This document shows positions 18,742 to 28,398 of a stretch of DNA of 64,000 nt, piece by piece (position 1 is the first letter of the stretch; every line of letters begins with the position of its first letter). The stretch is from Candidatus Neptunichlamydia sp. Lineage in GTDB: Bacteria; Chlamydiota; Chlamydiia; Chlamydiales; Simkaniaceae. A program made the position numbers and the translations under genes. Below the pieces are notes generated by a model. It was not told the origin of the DNA. It worked only from the letters and a program-made list of their open reading frames with translations, and searched no databases. Where the stretch lies: NCBI GenBank assembly GCA_965233865.1, contig OZ247587.1:1664001-1728000 (forward strand), read 5' to 3'.

Positions 18742-19890
18742 ATGGACGATGTCCTTTTTCAGGTGACCAAAGATCAACTCGAAACCGGGATGCGGGGATA
18801 TCCAGTAGGGTATTGCACCACATCTTCAGTCGATCCTTTCAAAGGGCTTTTCTACTGTGGACGCCCCATTTCTGAACTCTATAAATGGGAGCCAGAGCGT
18901 GTTCTATATCTTCTATTGCACGGAAAAGAGGGAAGTTCCTCCGATATTTCAACCTTTAGTGGAGAGCTAAAAAATAGGGCATATTGTTCGAGCGCTGTGA
19001 TTAAACATATTGAATCCCTTCCAAGGCAAGGGCATCCTATGAAGCTCTTCAACGCAGCTCTGCTTGTTCTTGGGATGCTCGAAGGGCAAGGGAACTATAA
19101 GGAGGATTGCATGAATCTTATTGCAAAGCTTCCTCATCTAGTTGCTACTGTGATCAATTATCATGCTGGCTGGGGAGAAACGCCCCCTCCAAGTAGCGAT
19201 TTGGGCTATATGGAAAACTTTACACACATGCTTAATGTCCCAAATAGCGATGAAACGCATTTAGCAGAAGTCTTCCGTCTTTTCAATATTCTTCATTACG
19301 ATCATGGGGGTGGAAACCTTTCCTGTTTTGTGGGGAAGGCTATAGCCTCTGGGCTGGAAGAAATGTATGGATCGATTTGCGGGGCAATGTGCGCTCTTGC
19401 GGGTCCCCGTCACGGAAAGGCAAACCAAGATTGTTTGACCTTTGTACACACCGTTCTTGATGAGGTAGGAGGAGATGCTTCAGCCTCTGATGTGGAGAAT
19501 CTGATTCGAAAAAGACTTGAAGCTGAAGAACTTGTTTTTGGATTTGGCCATGCTGTTCTCCGCGCCGAAGATGCAAGGGCGACAATTTTCTACGATTATG
19601 CTCAGTCGCATTTTGCTGATCATCCTCTTGTGAAGGTCGCAATGCTTCTTCGAACAGAAGGGACCAAAGTCTTGAAGGAAAATCCCAAGATATCGAATCC
19701 CTATCCCAATGTTGACGCGATGTCAGGAACAATCCTCACCGCAGCTGGTTTCCCCTATCCTGAGTATTATACCGTACTTTTCGGCTTGTCACGCTCAGTT
19801 GGAATTGCTATTCAGACTGTTTACGAAAGATTAGAGGCTAGAGGTGGTAAGGGAACTCCTATCGTTCGACCTCGCTACCTATATAAATAA
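18742..19890 (+). CDS. gltA: Citrate (Si)-synthase, eukaryote-type
   Basis: DHGGGNLS, LAGPRHGKANQ, GFGHAVLR, PNVDAMSG and YYTVLFGLSR motifs. Confidence 0.92.
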   Translation: MDDVLFQVTKDQLETGMRGYPVGYCTTSSVDPFKGLFYCGRPISELYKWEPERVLYLLLHGKEGSSSDISTFSGELKNRAYCSSAVIKHIESLPRQGHPMKLFNAALLVLGMLEGQGNYKEDCMNLIAKLPHLVATVINYHAGWGETPPPSSDLGYMENFTHMLNVPNSDETHLAEVFRLFNILHYDHGGGNLSCFVGKAIASGLEEMYGSICGAMCALAGPRHGKANQDCLTFVHTVLDEVGGDASASDVENLIRKRLEAEELVFGFGHAVLRAEDARATIFYDYAQSHFADHPLVKVAMLLRTEGTKVLKENPKISNPYPNVDAMSGTILTAAGFPYPEYYTVLFGLSRSVGIAIQTVYERLEARGGKGTPIVRPRYLYK

Positions 19891-20245
19891 CGTGATTAAC
19901 AGAGCAAATTTGGCAGAGAATTCAACCCTTGCTCCCAAGTGAAACAGGAGAAAGTGTTTACTCAAAGAGCGTTATAATTTAACTTAAGGTGTTTATTATT
20001 TATGAGTTAAGTCAAAACTTTCACATCTTGTCATATATGGATATTTTTTATCCTATAATTTCTGAAAATTCCTCTATGCAAATCGCTCCTACTTTTCTTT
20101 TAAAAGTTTTTGCCCATTCATTCTTTTGGTTAACACTCTCGATTTTTGAACAGGAAGGGATTTTGAGTCAACGTTCCTATTGCGAGTTTTAAGAAAGCCC
20201 GTTAGTTCTTATTTTTTTAAAACCTTAAATAAGAGGTTGACCCTG

Positions 20246-21679
20246 CTACCTTTCGAATAAATCCCTAAGGTCAACGATCCGATAAAAAAATGGGCTTTCT
20301 TCAACTTTTTGACTAACTCCTCCAATATGGAAAAGTGCAGATGCTTTTCCATATCCTCTAGTAACTGACAGCGCATGACATTTTTTCTCCATTTCTTGAA
20401 TAATAGACGCGTCCAATTCACTTCTTTTAAACTTGAATTCACAAAGGATAAGCGTATTCATCTTCGTTTGGATTAAGTAGTCAATTTGGCACCCTCTTTG
20501 TCTTGAGGTTTTTTTCTGAAAATAAGGATTGTCACAAACGACAATGTTAGGATCTATCCCCAACGCTTCAAAGATAAACTCCCTGTTTGATAGCAATAAA
20601 CTTTCTAGCTGAAAGCCCATAATAGTATCCCATCCAGGCAGCACTCCCTTGATAGTTTTTCTATATCCACTTTGATTAATCTTCTCCTGATTCGGAACAA
20701 TATATTTCAGGTGGAACCGGATGTAGCAATCACTGAGTCGATAGAGTTTTTGTCTGCCAATTTTTTTGCTATCCAAGGACCACTGATAATGCTCAGTAAT
20801 AAATCCAGCAGATACCAAGTGAGATAGATATTTGCTAATTGTCCCGCCTCTCCCAAGTTCAAGAAGTTCTCGAATTTCTTTTTGAGTCCGCATCCCGTCT
20901 ACCAGCAGTTCCAAAATGCTTCTATATAATTTCCCTCTATTATCAAAAAGGTCATAAAAAATTGTTTGGAACTCATTAAGCAATTTGCTTGAAGGAGCAA
21001 AACAAATTTCGTAAATATTTTCTTCTGCTGTCTCTTTGATGTTAATGAGATCCAAATACCAGGGAACGCCACCTGTAACTGAAAGAATTTTAAATGCCTC
21101 ATAAATAGACCCTTTGAACCCTTTTTCTTTCAGAAATTGGATTGATTCAAGTAAGGAGAGGGGATGAAGATGAATGACTAATGCAATCCGCCCTACAAAC
21201 CCCGTGCTGCAAAGAATGTTCTCTTCAATCCAAGTGGAAACCGAGCTACAAAGGATCAGAATAAGTCGTTTCTTTTGACTCCCATACTGATCCCACCAGG
21301 TCTTTAACGAACCTAAAAAGCTCGAATCCAGTTCTCCCATCCAGGAAATCTCATCTAAAAGAACGACTATCTCTTTATCAGGAATTTGCTTTCCTAGAAA
21401 CCTGAAGGCGTCTAACCAAGTAAGAAAGGTCACTTTCGGTAGGTTTAATTGTGTGCATAACTGGTCTGCAAATTCATCACGCTGTTTTTGAGCAGTCACC
21501 CCTGGAGCTGGAGGATTTCCAGAAATGGATATAAAATCCTTCCCTTTCGAAAACTCCTTGACGAGAGTACTTTTACCAACCCTACGCCTTCCTTTAATCA
21601 CTGCAAGGGTTGATTTATTCAGCTCCTTTAGACGCCCTAGGCGTTTTATTTCCTTTTTTCTTCCTACAAAGATGTTCAT
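20246..21679 (-). CDS. AAA ATPase (archaeal-ATPase type) with winged helix and C-terminal PD-(D/E)XK-like domain
   Basis: FVGRKKE start, Walker A GRRRVGKS, Walker B LLDEISW, TGGVPWYL, HTH-like ISKYLSHLVSAGFI and C-terminal QIDYLI...LCEFK. Confidence 0.88.
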   Translation of the reverse strand: MNIFVGRKKEIKRLGRLKELNKSTLAVIKGRRRVGKSTLVKEFSKGKDFISISGNPPAPGVTAQKQRDEFADQLCTQLNLPKVTFLTWLDAFRFLGKQIPDKEIVVLLDEISWMGELDSSFLGSLKTWWDQYGSQKKRLILILCSSVSTWIEENILCSTGFVGRIALVIHLHPLSLLESIQFLKEKGFKGSIYEAFKILSVTGGVPWYLDLINIKETAEENIYEICFAPSSKLLNEFQTIFYDLFDNRGKLYRSILELLVDGMRTQKEIRELLELGRGGTISKYLSHLVSAGFITEHYQWSLDSKKIGRQKLYRLSDCYIRFHLKYIVPNQEKINQSGYRKTIKGVLPGWDTIMGFQLESLLLSNREFIFEALGIDPNIVVCDNPYFQKKTSRQRGCQIDYLIQTKMNTLILCEFKFKRSELDASIIQEMEKKCHALSVTRGYGKASALFHIGGVSQKVEESPFFYRIVDLRDLFER

Positions 21680-21785
21680 ATTAAATCTCCCATATCTTGT
21701 TATTGTAGAGTTTGGGAGCTTTAATACCAATCAAAACTTCTCTCATATTACGCAATTACAAGTTTGGGGAGACTTCTCAAATCGT

Positions 21786-22094
21786 TTATTTTAAACTGAT
21801 TAACCAAAACAAGTCCAAAGAAGTATAGGAAATTCTACGCGTATCAGGCATATTTAAAATTATTTCAATAAACATCTTTACATCTCGGGCGTTTGCACCC
21901 AAGATATCATCAATTTGTCCTTTGAATTCCTCCCTAAAAGACAATGTTTTTGACGACTTGAAACGTCTTGGTAGCATGGAATTTCTAGGCTTATAGAAGT
22001 TTACCGGCATCTTCAAAAATCCAAAGCCTTGGGATACTTGAGTTTCATGATCTACGATAATTCTAATTGATACGGGGGATCTTTTTGTCGACAA
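21786..22094 (-). CDS. Hypothetical protein or decayed ORF
   Basis: 102-codon ORF with a TTG start and an RNP1-like stretch (IIVDHETQVSQGFGFLKM). No other support. Confidence 0.3.
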   Translation of the reverse strand: MSTKRSPVSIRIIVDHETQVSQGFGFLKMPVNFYKPRNSMLPRRFKSSKTLSFREEFKGQIDDILGANARDVKMFIEIILNMPDTRRISYTSLDLFWLISLK

Positions 22095-22146
22095 CCCTTT
22101 TCCTAACTGGGCTGTTGCCTCGCTTGCTGACGCTAGAACCTTGGGT

Positions 22147-22175
22147 TTGAATTATTCTTTTGAGTCTGCTAGAGT
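22147..22175 (+). promoter_or_regulatory. Putative sigma70-type promoter
   Basis: TTGAAT-17 nt-TAGAGT with a TG extension, 6 nt before ATG 22182. Confidence 0.5.
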
Positions 22176-22181
22176 GATCTC

Positions 22182-23009
22182 ATGACATTTGAAGACATTG
22201 AGTATATTTTTAATCGCGCTCTCCGCTTTTCTTTTTCGAAGAAAAAATTCCTCTTCATATTTCCCGTCTTGGTTGTATGTGGGCTCATGCTTGTCTTTTG
22301 CCGAGCCTTAGCAGTTAACGCTGGGCAATGGGTGGTCCTTAGTTTAACTTTTTTACCGGTATTTTTATCATCTGGGATACTTCTTGCAGCAGGTGTGGTT
22401 TTAGCGCGAGTATATCATCATGAAGTGAAGATGATTCCCCTCAGTCTTAAAAAGATTTTATCGCAATCATGGGAGCTTCTTATCGGCGTCTCATACTTGA
22501 CCCTTCCTCTTCTTTTGGCGTATTTGTTCCTTTGGATGGTGATGGGGGTCTTCTATTTGCTGAAAGAAATTCCTGCACTTGGAGATGTGCTTGGGGTGAT
22601 TTTGTCCTTTGGTCCTTTTTTGCTCGTTTTAGGTTCACTAGTTTTGTCCTTTTTTAATTTATTTTTGCTCTTTTTTGCGACGCCACATATTGCTTTAAAT
22701 TCGCGATTAAAATTAAAGCTTGCTGAGGATATTTATTATCGCTTCAAGGGAAATCTTTTTTCAAATCTTGCTCTCTTCTTGCTAGGGCTTGTTCCTCTCT
22801 TATTCGGAGTGGGAGTCCTCTCTCTTGCTGCCTTTTTAACAGGTGTCAACTTTTTTATCCGCACGGAGACACTGGCAATCGCTCTTCAATGGTTTTTTGT
22901 CATGATTCCCTTCTGCGCAATGCTTACTCCCGGAATTCTTTTCTTTTTTAATTTTGCTGTTGAGAGTTATGCTCTAATGCAGAAGAAATATCCTAAGATG
23001 ACTGCATGA
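22182..23009 (+). CDS. Conserved polytopic membrane protein (about 6 TMs)
   Basis: Hydrophobic 275-aa ORF; first gene of an overlapping five-gene operon. Confidence 0.85.
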   Translation: MTFEDIEYIFNRALRFSFSKKKFLFIFPVLVVCGLMLVFCRALAVNAGQWVVLSLTFLPVFLSSGILLAAGVVLARVYHHEVKMIPLSLKKILSQSWELLIGVSYLTLPLLLAYLFLWMVMGVFYLLKEIPALGDVLGVILSFGPFLLVLGSLVLSFFNLFLLFFATPHIALNSRLKLKLAEDIYYRFKGNLFSNLALFLLGLVPLLFGVGVLSLAAFLTGVNFFIRTETLAIALQWFFVMIPFCAMLTPGILFFFNFAVESYALMQKKYPKMTA

Positions 23010-23986
23010 AAAAGATTGCTATTATTGGCGCTGGCTTTTCTGGTCTAGGCGTTTGCTACCACCTCCAACAAATGGGTGGAAACATTACCGTTTTCGATGA
23101 GAAAGGAGTTGGAGGCGGCGCCTCTGGCATAGCCTCGGGATTACTCCATTCCTACCCTGGAGAAACAGCACGTCTTTCTTGGAAAGGCGAAGAAGGGCTT
23201 GCTGCAACAAGAAAACTCTTGAGGCTTGTGGGGACAGATGTTTACAGAGAGACGGGAATCTTAAGATTTGCGCTTACAGAGAAACAAGAAAAGGCTTTTA
23301 AAGAGCGGGCAGAAGAGCGAGAGGATATCGAATGGTGGGGTGCTGAAAAGTGCCACATATTTGCTCCAGGAAGCCATTATCTTCCTGGTATCTTTATTCG
23401 TTCTGGAATCACCGTTCACGCAAGTCTTTACTTAAAGGGGCTCTGGAAGGCATGTGAAGAGCAAGGAGCACGTCTTATAAAACAAAACGTTTCACTCTCC
23501 GATCTGAGGGAATTTGATCAAGTAGTTCTAGCTGCCGGAGGGGGGATTCGTGCATTTGAAGCCGGAAGGGCCCTTGGCCTGAGGTTTAATAAAGGGCAGA
23601 TTCTTGTGTGTCAAAAACCCAAGTACTGGAAAGAAAAATCAAGCGTTATTGGAAAAGGGTACCTTGCTATGAGTGAAAGAGAAGATAGGTGCTATCTAGG
23701 ATCGACATATGAACGGGACTACATGACGGAGCAGCCCTGCTTAGGAACTGCAACAGAGTTGATTTTGAAACAGATTGGGAAGTTTATTCCCTCGACTAGG
23801 GCTTTTAAAGTTGAAGGATGTCATGCGGATATCCGAGTATCAAACCGCAAAAGCTACCACCCTATTGCTCAAAAGCTGAATGAAAAACTTTTCGTCCTTA
23901 CAGCAATGGGTTCAAGGGGGCTCCTTTACCATAGTTATTTAGGAAAAGTTTTAGCAGAAACTATGATGGAAGAGGTGCTAGTTTGA
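23006..23986 (+). CDS. FAD-dependent oxidoreductase (DAO/MnmC C-terminal-like)
   Basis: IIGAGFSG Rossmann motif, GASGIASGLL, KGQ, GSTYE and MGSRGLL. Confidence 0.88.
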   Translation: MKKIAIIGAGFSGLGVCYHLQQMGGNITVFDEKGVGGGASGIASGLLHSYPGETARLSWKGEEGLAATRKLLRLVGTDVYRETGILRFALTEKQEKAFKERAEEREDIEWWGAEKCHIFAPGSHYLPGIFIRSGITVHASLYLKGLWKACEEQGARLIKQNVSLSDLREFDQVVLAAGGGIRAFEAGRALGLRFNKGQILVCQKPKYWKEKSSVIGKGYLAMSEREDRCYLGSTYERDYMTEQPCLGTATELILKQIGKFIPSTRAFKVEGCHADIRVSNRKSYHPIAQKLNEKLFVLTAMGSRGLLYHSYLGKVLAETMMEEVLV

Positions 23987-24744
23987 AACTTCTCTTTTTA
24001 GGATCAGGTGGGTCAATGGGGATTCCTGTGATCGGATGCTCATGTGAAACTTGCATCTCTTCAGAAAAAAAGAACAAGAGGTACCGTCCTTCAGTGCTTT
24101 TAACTTCGAGAGAGAAGCGATTTTTAGTAGACATCGGTCCTGATTATCACTCCCAAGCGTTAAAGTACGGAATCGACACGCTTGATGGTTTGATTGTAAC
24201 CCATTCCCATTATGACCACATCGCAGGGCTTGATGAGCTTCGGATCTACACATTTCGGCAAAAAAAGCCTGTTCCCTGCCTGCTTTCTCGAGAAACCTAT
24301 GAAGAACTAAAAATCCGTTATCACTATTTTTTACCTAAAGATTCTGTTCACGATACAAAACTTAAGTTCTCGATTCTCCATAAGGAGAGTGGGGAAATAA
24401 TGTTTGAAGGGTTGAAGGTGGAATATTTTTCTTATGTTCAGATAGGAATGAAGGTGAATGGATTCCGCTTTAACAACCTTGCCTATGTCACCGACATTAT
24501 GGAATATGACGAGTCAATTTTTGATTCCTTAAAAGGGTTGGACACACTAGTATTGAGTGGAAGGCGATGGGAAAAATCGGTTGCACACTTAAGCATCGAT
24601 GAAGGAATCGACTTTGCAAAAAAAACAGGTGCAAAAAAGACATATTTTACGCATATTTCTCATGAAATAGAACATGAAAAAGACTCCAAGGGTCTTCCTG
24701 AAGGTTTTTTTCTTGCATATGATGGACTTGAAATCAATTTATGA
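23983..24744 (+). CDS. PhnP-like MBL-fold metallo-hydrolase
   Basis: LGSGGSMGIPVIGCSC, THSHYDH, AYVTD, THISH and AYDGL motifs. Confidence 0.93.
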   Translation: MKLLFLGSGGSMGIPVIGCSCETCISSEKKNKRYRPSVLLTSREKRFLVDIGPDYHSQALKYGIDTLDGLIVTHSHYDHIAGLDELRIYTFRQKKPVPCLLSRETYEELKIRYHYFLPKDSVHDTKLKFSILHKESGEIMFEGLKVEYFSYVQIGMKVNGFRFNNLAYVTDIMEYDESIFDSLKGLDTLVLSGRRWEKSVAHLSIDEGIDFAKKTGAKKTYFTHISHEIEHEKDSKGLPEGFFLAYDGLEINL

Positions 24745-26060
24745 AAGAAGACAAACTCTACGAAGATATTAAGTATGAAATTAGCGATCTAAAAACGGCT
24801 CTGGTTGCGGGCGGTTATGATCGAGCACGAGATCTCCCCCTTTGTAAAGAGCATCTTGATGAGCTTGCGTCTCTTGCTTATACCTACGGTTTTGAAGTTG
24901 TAGGGAATGAACCCTGTTCGATCCGATCTATTGATGCCGCCCTTTTTTTTGGAAAAGGCAAAGTTGAAGAACTTCGAGTAAAAGCAGAAGAGCTAAGTGC
25001 TGACGTGGTGATATTTGATAATGAAATTTCCCCCAATCAACAACGAAACCTCGAAAGGCTCTTCAAAAAGCCTGTGATTGATCGGACAGAACTTATTTTA
25101 GAGATTTTTTCTCAAAGAGCTCAAACAAAAGAGGCGATGCTGCAGGTGGAGCTTGCACGAAGTCAATACCAACTCCCAAGGCTTAAACGACTGTGGACTC
25201 ATCTTTCTAGACAATCCTCTGGTGGCGGTGGTTTTCTAAAGGGGGAAGGAGAGAGACAGATTGAGTTAGATAGGCGTCTTGTTCGGAAGAGGATCACGCG
25301 TCTCAGAAAGGAAATTGAAGAAGTACGCTACCAGCGTGAAGTGCAGCGCCGCGCGCGAAATCGTTCTGGGGTTCCTACCTTTTCTATTATTGGATATACA
25401 AATGTAGGAAAATCCACCCTTCTGCGTGCTCTTACGGATGCAGAAGTTCTCGTGGAGGATAAACTTTTTGCGACACTTGATACAACAACTCGAAAGTTTT
25501 CTCTTCCAAACCATCAAGATGTGCTGTTGATTGATACCGTTGGGTTCATTAGAAAGATTCCTCATGCCCTTGTTGCTGCCTTTAAAAGTACTCTTGAAGA
25601 AGCAGTTTTTGCTGATATCTTACTTCACCTCATCGATGTAAACCATCCTCTTGCGGAGGAGCATGCGGAGTCTACTTACGAGGTTCTAAAAGAACTGAGC
25701 ACTGAAAAAAAACCGATCATCACTGTTTTAAATAAAGTTGATGCTCTTGAAAACAAAGCGCTTATTGCCCGCTTTAAACTAAAGTATCCCCGTGTGGTTG
25801 CGATCTCAGCACTCGTAGGAGAGGGGTTTGATGAACTCTTGCAGATGATGATGGGCGTTCTCAAAGATTTGCGGAAAGTTGTGAGCCTTCGTATTCCTCA
25901 AAAAGACTACGCTCTTGTTAGCGAACTTATGCAAGAAGGAAGACTCATTCATCGAGACTATGATGGGAATGATGTGCTTATCGAAATTGAAATTCCTGCT
26001 CATCTAGAGCATAAAGTAAGGGAATATATCGAGGATGACAGCACTTGCTCAAATTCCTAA
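24741..26060 (+). CDS. hflX: GTPase HflX
   Basis: IDRTELILEIF, GYTNVGKST, LFATLD, DTVGFI and NKVD motifs. Confidence 0.97.
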   Translation: MKEDKLYEDIKYEISDLKTALVAGGYDRARDLPLCKEHLDELASLAYTYGFEVVGNEPCSIRSIDAALFFGKGKVEELRVKAEELSADVVIFDNEISPNQQRNLERLFKKPVIDRTELILEIFSQRAQTKEAMLQVELARSQYQLPRLKRLWTHLSRQSSGGGGFLKGEGERQIELDRRLVRKRITRLRKEIEEVRYQREVQRRARNRSGVPTFSIIGYTNVGKSTLLRALTDAEVLVEDKLFATLDTTTRKFSLPNHQDVLLIDTVGFIRKIPHALVAAFKSTLEEAVFADILLHLIDVNHPLAEEHAESTYEVLKELSTEKKPIITVLNKVDALENKALIARFKLKYPRVVAISALVGEGFDELLQMMMGVLKDLRKVVSLRIPQKDYALVSELMQEGRLIHRDYDGNDVLIEIEIPAHLEHKVREYIEDDSTCSNS

Positions 26061-26733
26061 AGAAGAGCGCCCCCGTGAGCGCCTTCTTCAACAAGGAAGT
26101 GATGCCCTTTCACTCATCGAGCTGCTTGCAATTTGTCTAGGGAGTGGCAGGCGCGGTGTTTCTGTAATTAGTCTTGCTGAAGAACTCCTTGCGCGTTTTG
26201 GGAGTCTATCCAACCTCTTCGATGCCTCTGTTCAATCTCTCATAGAAGTTAAAGGAATTGGGATGGCTAAGGCAATTCAGCTTAAAGCGACTTTTGCCCT
26301 TGCTAAACGAATTAACTATCTTGCCTACCGCCCTAAATATCCTGTCTATGGCCCAGATGATCTCCACGCTTATATTGGTCCAAAACTCCGTGATAAAAAA
26401 CAAGAATGCGTTGCCATTATGCTTCGTGATGCGCGGGGAAACCTATTTCATGATGAAATTCTTGGTATCGGAACCCTCACTCAGGTGATTATCCACCCCC
26501 GAGAGATTTTTCACCACGCTCTCTGCCATCGTGCTGCGAGCCTCGCTATTGCTCATAATCACCCTAGCGGCAATCATTCCCCCTCGGTAGCTGATATTGA
26601 GCTCACGAAGCTCCTAGCTTCTTCTGGCCGCCTCCTCGGTATTCCTCTTGATGACCATCTTATTATCGGTAGCTCGAGCTACACCTCTCTTTGGAAGGAG
26701 GGAGTCATTAAGTCTAACGGAAACACCTTCTGA
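26035..26733 (+). CDS. radC: RadC family protein (HhH plus JAB domain)
   Basis: ERPRERL, KGIGMAKA, HPREIF, AHNHPSG-x-PS-x-D and LDDHLIIG motifs. Confidence 0.96.
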   Translation: MTALAQIPKEERPRERLLQQGSDALSLIELLAICLGSGRRGVSVISLAEELLARFGSLSNLFDASVQSLIEVKGIGMAKAIQLKATFALAKRINYLAYRPKYPVYGPDDLHAYIGPKLRDKKQECVAIMLRDARGNLFHDEILGIGTLTQVIIHPREIFHHALCHRAASLAIAHNHPSGNHSPSVADIELTKLLASSGRLLGIPLDDHLIIGSSSYTSLWKEGVIKSNGNTF

Positions 26734-26807
26734 ATTCATGAAAAATTAAGTCGCTTACTTTAAGAGATTTATTGGTTCATAATAACTGATATTTATAAAT
26801 CATTACT

Positions 26808-26818
26808 TATGATATAAT
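26808..26818 (+). promoter_or_regulatory. Extended -10 element (TATGATATAAT) upstream of the USP gene
   Basis: TGnTATAAT lies 20 nt before ATG 26839; CAGGA SD-like sequence nearby. Confidence 0.55.
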
Positions 26819-26838
26819 TATAGTTAACATACAGGAAT

Positions 26839-28314
26839 ATGGTAAGGAAGATGTGTACTAAAATAAGCGATACACTTCGGTGCTCAAATATCATAAAACA
26901 GATAAACAACCATGCGAATAAAGGCGGCCTTCTTACAAGCGACATTGGTTTGAAAAATGGTGCGACATCACGATCATGCTGTTTTTGCTTAGATCGCCTG
27001 TGGGCATGGATGAAGGGAGTGAGCTACGACAAGAATGAAGTAGCCAAGTCCATCAATATAGCTTTTCAGGGTGTAAACTTAAGCCATTTGCAAGTCTCCG
27101 AAGTTGAATTAGCAACTTTTTGCAAAAATATTAATCAATTGAATCTTACCTTTGAAAAAGGGAATAAATTTGATCGAATCCTGATAAAAGTTATAACTGC
27201 AGTAAGTACGCACGTTCTCCAAAAAAAGCCAACTAGGCAAGGCTTGCCTGCGCCCAAGGTTAAACCTCAAGGGGCAATAGTTAACACCGGGCCTATGGAT
27301 GGGGAATTAGCAGCACGTCCTAACTTGAAAGACCCTATACATACTATTGGGCTTAGAGGGATTCCAAACCATTCTGACAACTGTTTTTTGATTTCAACTT
27401 ATCAGCTTGTGAAGAATAATCCGACTCTTTACGATGCAATTTTCAATTCACAAAAATTTAAGAACGATAAGAGTTTTGCTGCATTGCGAGAATTTGATCG
27501 TAAGTATGACTCTAAAGATCTTCTAACAAAAGATGATATGGAGCGTGTAAGAAAAAATTGTTTATCAAAATTTGAAATTCCAGCTCGTGGGCATCAAGAT
27601 GCAGAAGAGGTGTTGACTGCAGCTCTATTTAAATATGTTGAGTCACAAAACTTTATGCAATCTACAAGTATACTTGAGTTTACTATTCCTGCAAGTTCAA
27701 TAAACGCCGTTGTTAGTAACATAATTGGAGCTAAGGTAGTTAGTGTTAAGGTGAAAACAGATGGTCGATATGCTTTAAGAGTTCAAAAACAATTCAATAA
27801 AGACCAAGCCGGAAACATTCTTAATCTCCCCTTAAAGAATATGGGAGATAAGGTAGAATTTGAAAAAGTTTTTGAAATGGGCTTTCAAAAAGAAGGAGCA
27901 ACTTCTCTTGAAGATGGTGATTATACTGTAGAGCTAAGTTCAGGCGATCAAATCTCAAAAGGACAGCAAATAGAAAGAGAGACTGTTTTTTCGGCTGGAA
28001 AGAGCGTTACAATATCTTTTAAACGTTTTGAGTGGCAAAGATATGGAAACGGGGGTGCTCCCCAAAAGATTAAGACGAGGGTCATCATTCCTTCAGGTGG
28101 ACACATCCAACTAGATAAAAGAGATGAACCTCACGTAGTGAAGGGTTTTGTTGTTCATCAAGGCGAGTGTTCTTATGGAGGTCATTATGTCGAATATCAG
28201 AAAATTGAAAACCAATGGTATCTTAATGACGACGGGTGTTCGAATCCGGTTTCAACAGAAGTTGCTCTTTTAAAGATGGAAGATGCGTACATCTTGCAAG
28301 CTGAAAAATTCTAA
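26839..28314 (+). CDS. USP/peptidase C19-type deubiquitinase-like protein (putative effector)
   Basis: Cys box GIPNHSDNCFLISTYQ, HQDAEE box, ISFKRF, and His box GFVVHQGECSYGGHYVEY...WYLNDD; about 170-aa N-terminal extension. Confidence 0.88.
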   Translation: MVRKMCTKISDTLRCSNIIKQINNHANKGGLLTSDIGLKNGATSRSCCFCLDRLWAWMKGVSYDKNEVAKSINIAFQGVNLSHLQVSEVELATFCKNINQLNLTFEKGNKFDRILIKVITAVSTHVLQKKPTRQGLPAPKVKPQGAIVNTGPMDGELAARPNLKDPIHTIGLRGIPNHSDNCFLISTYQLVKNNPTLYDAIFNSQKFKNDKSFAALREFDRKYDSKDLLTKDDMERVRKNCLSKFEIPARGHQDAEEVLTAALFKYVESQNFMQSTSILEFTIPASSINAVVSNIIGAKVVSVKVKTDGRYALRVQKQFNKDQAGNILNLPLKNMGDKVEFEKVFEMGFQKEGATSLEDGDYTVELSSGDQISKGQQIERETVFSAGKSVTISFKRFEWQRYGNGGAPQKIKTRVIIPSGGHIQLDKRDEPHVVKGFVVHQGECSYGGHYVEYQKIENQWYLNDDGCSNPVSTEVALLKMEDAYILQAEKF

Positions 28315-28398
28315 AGGATTTTTTTGATGCCTACAAATGATGCTAACTCCTGAAAATTCAAATAATTTCTTTACTGTATAGCTCAAATATCTCTCTAT

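Noticed and set aside
19891..20245. Spacer ORFs and hairpins between gltA and the ATPase
   Set aside because: Only short AT-rich stems and motif-less frames are present, which cannot support a call.
26035..28314. JAB-domain RadC next to a USP protease as a bacterial ubiquitin-like (CBASS/Bil-type) system
   Set aside because: RadC is the ordinary full-length type ending the hflX operon. The USP gene has its own promoter, and no E1, E2, Ubl or cyclase gene is nearby.
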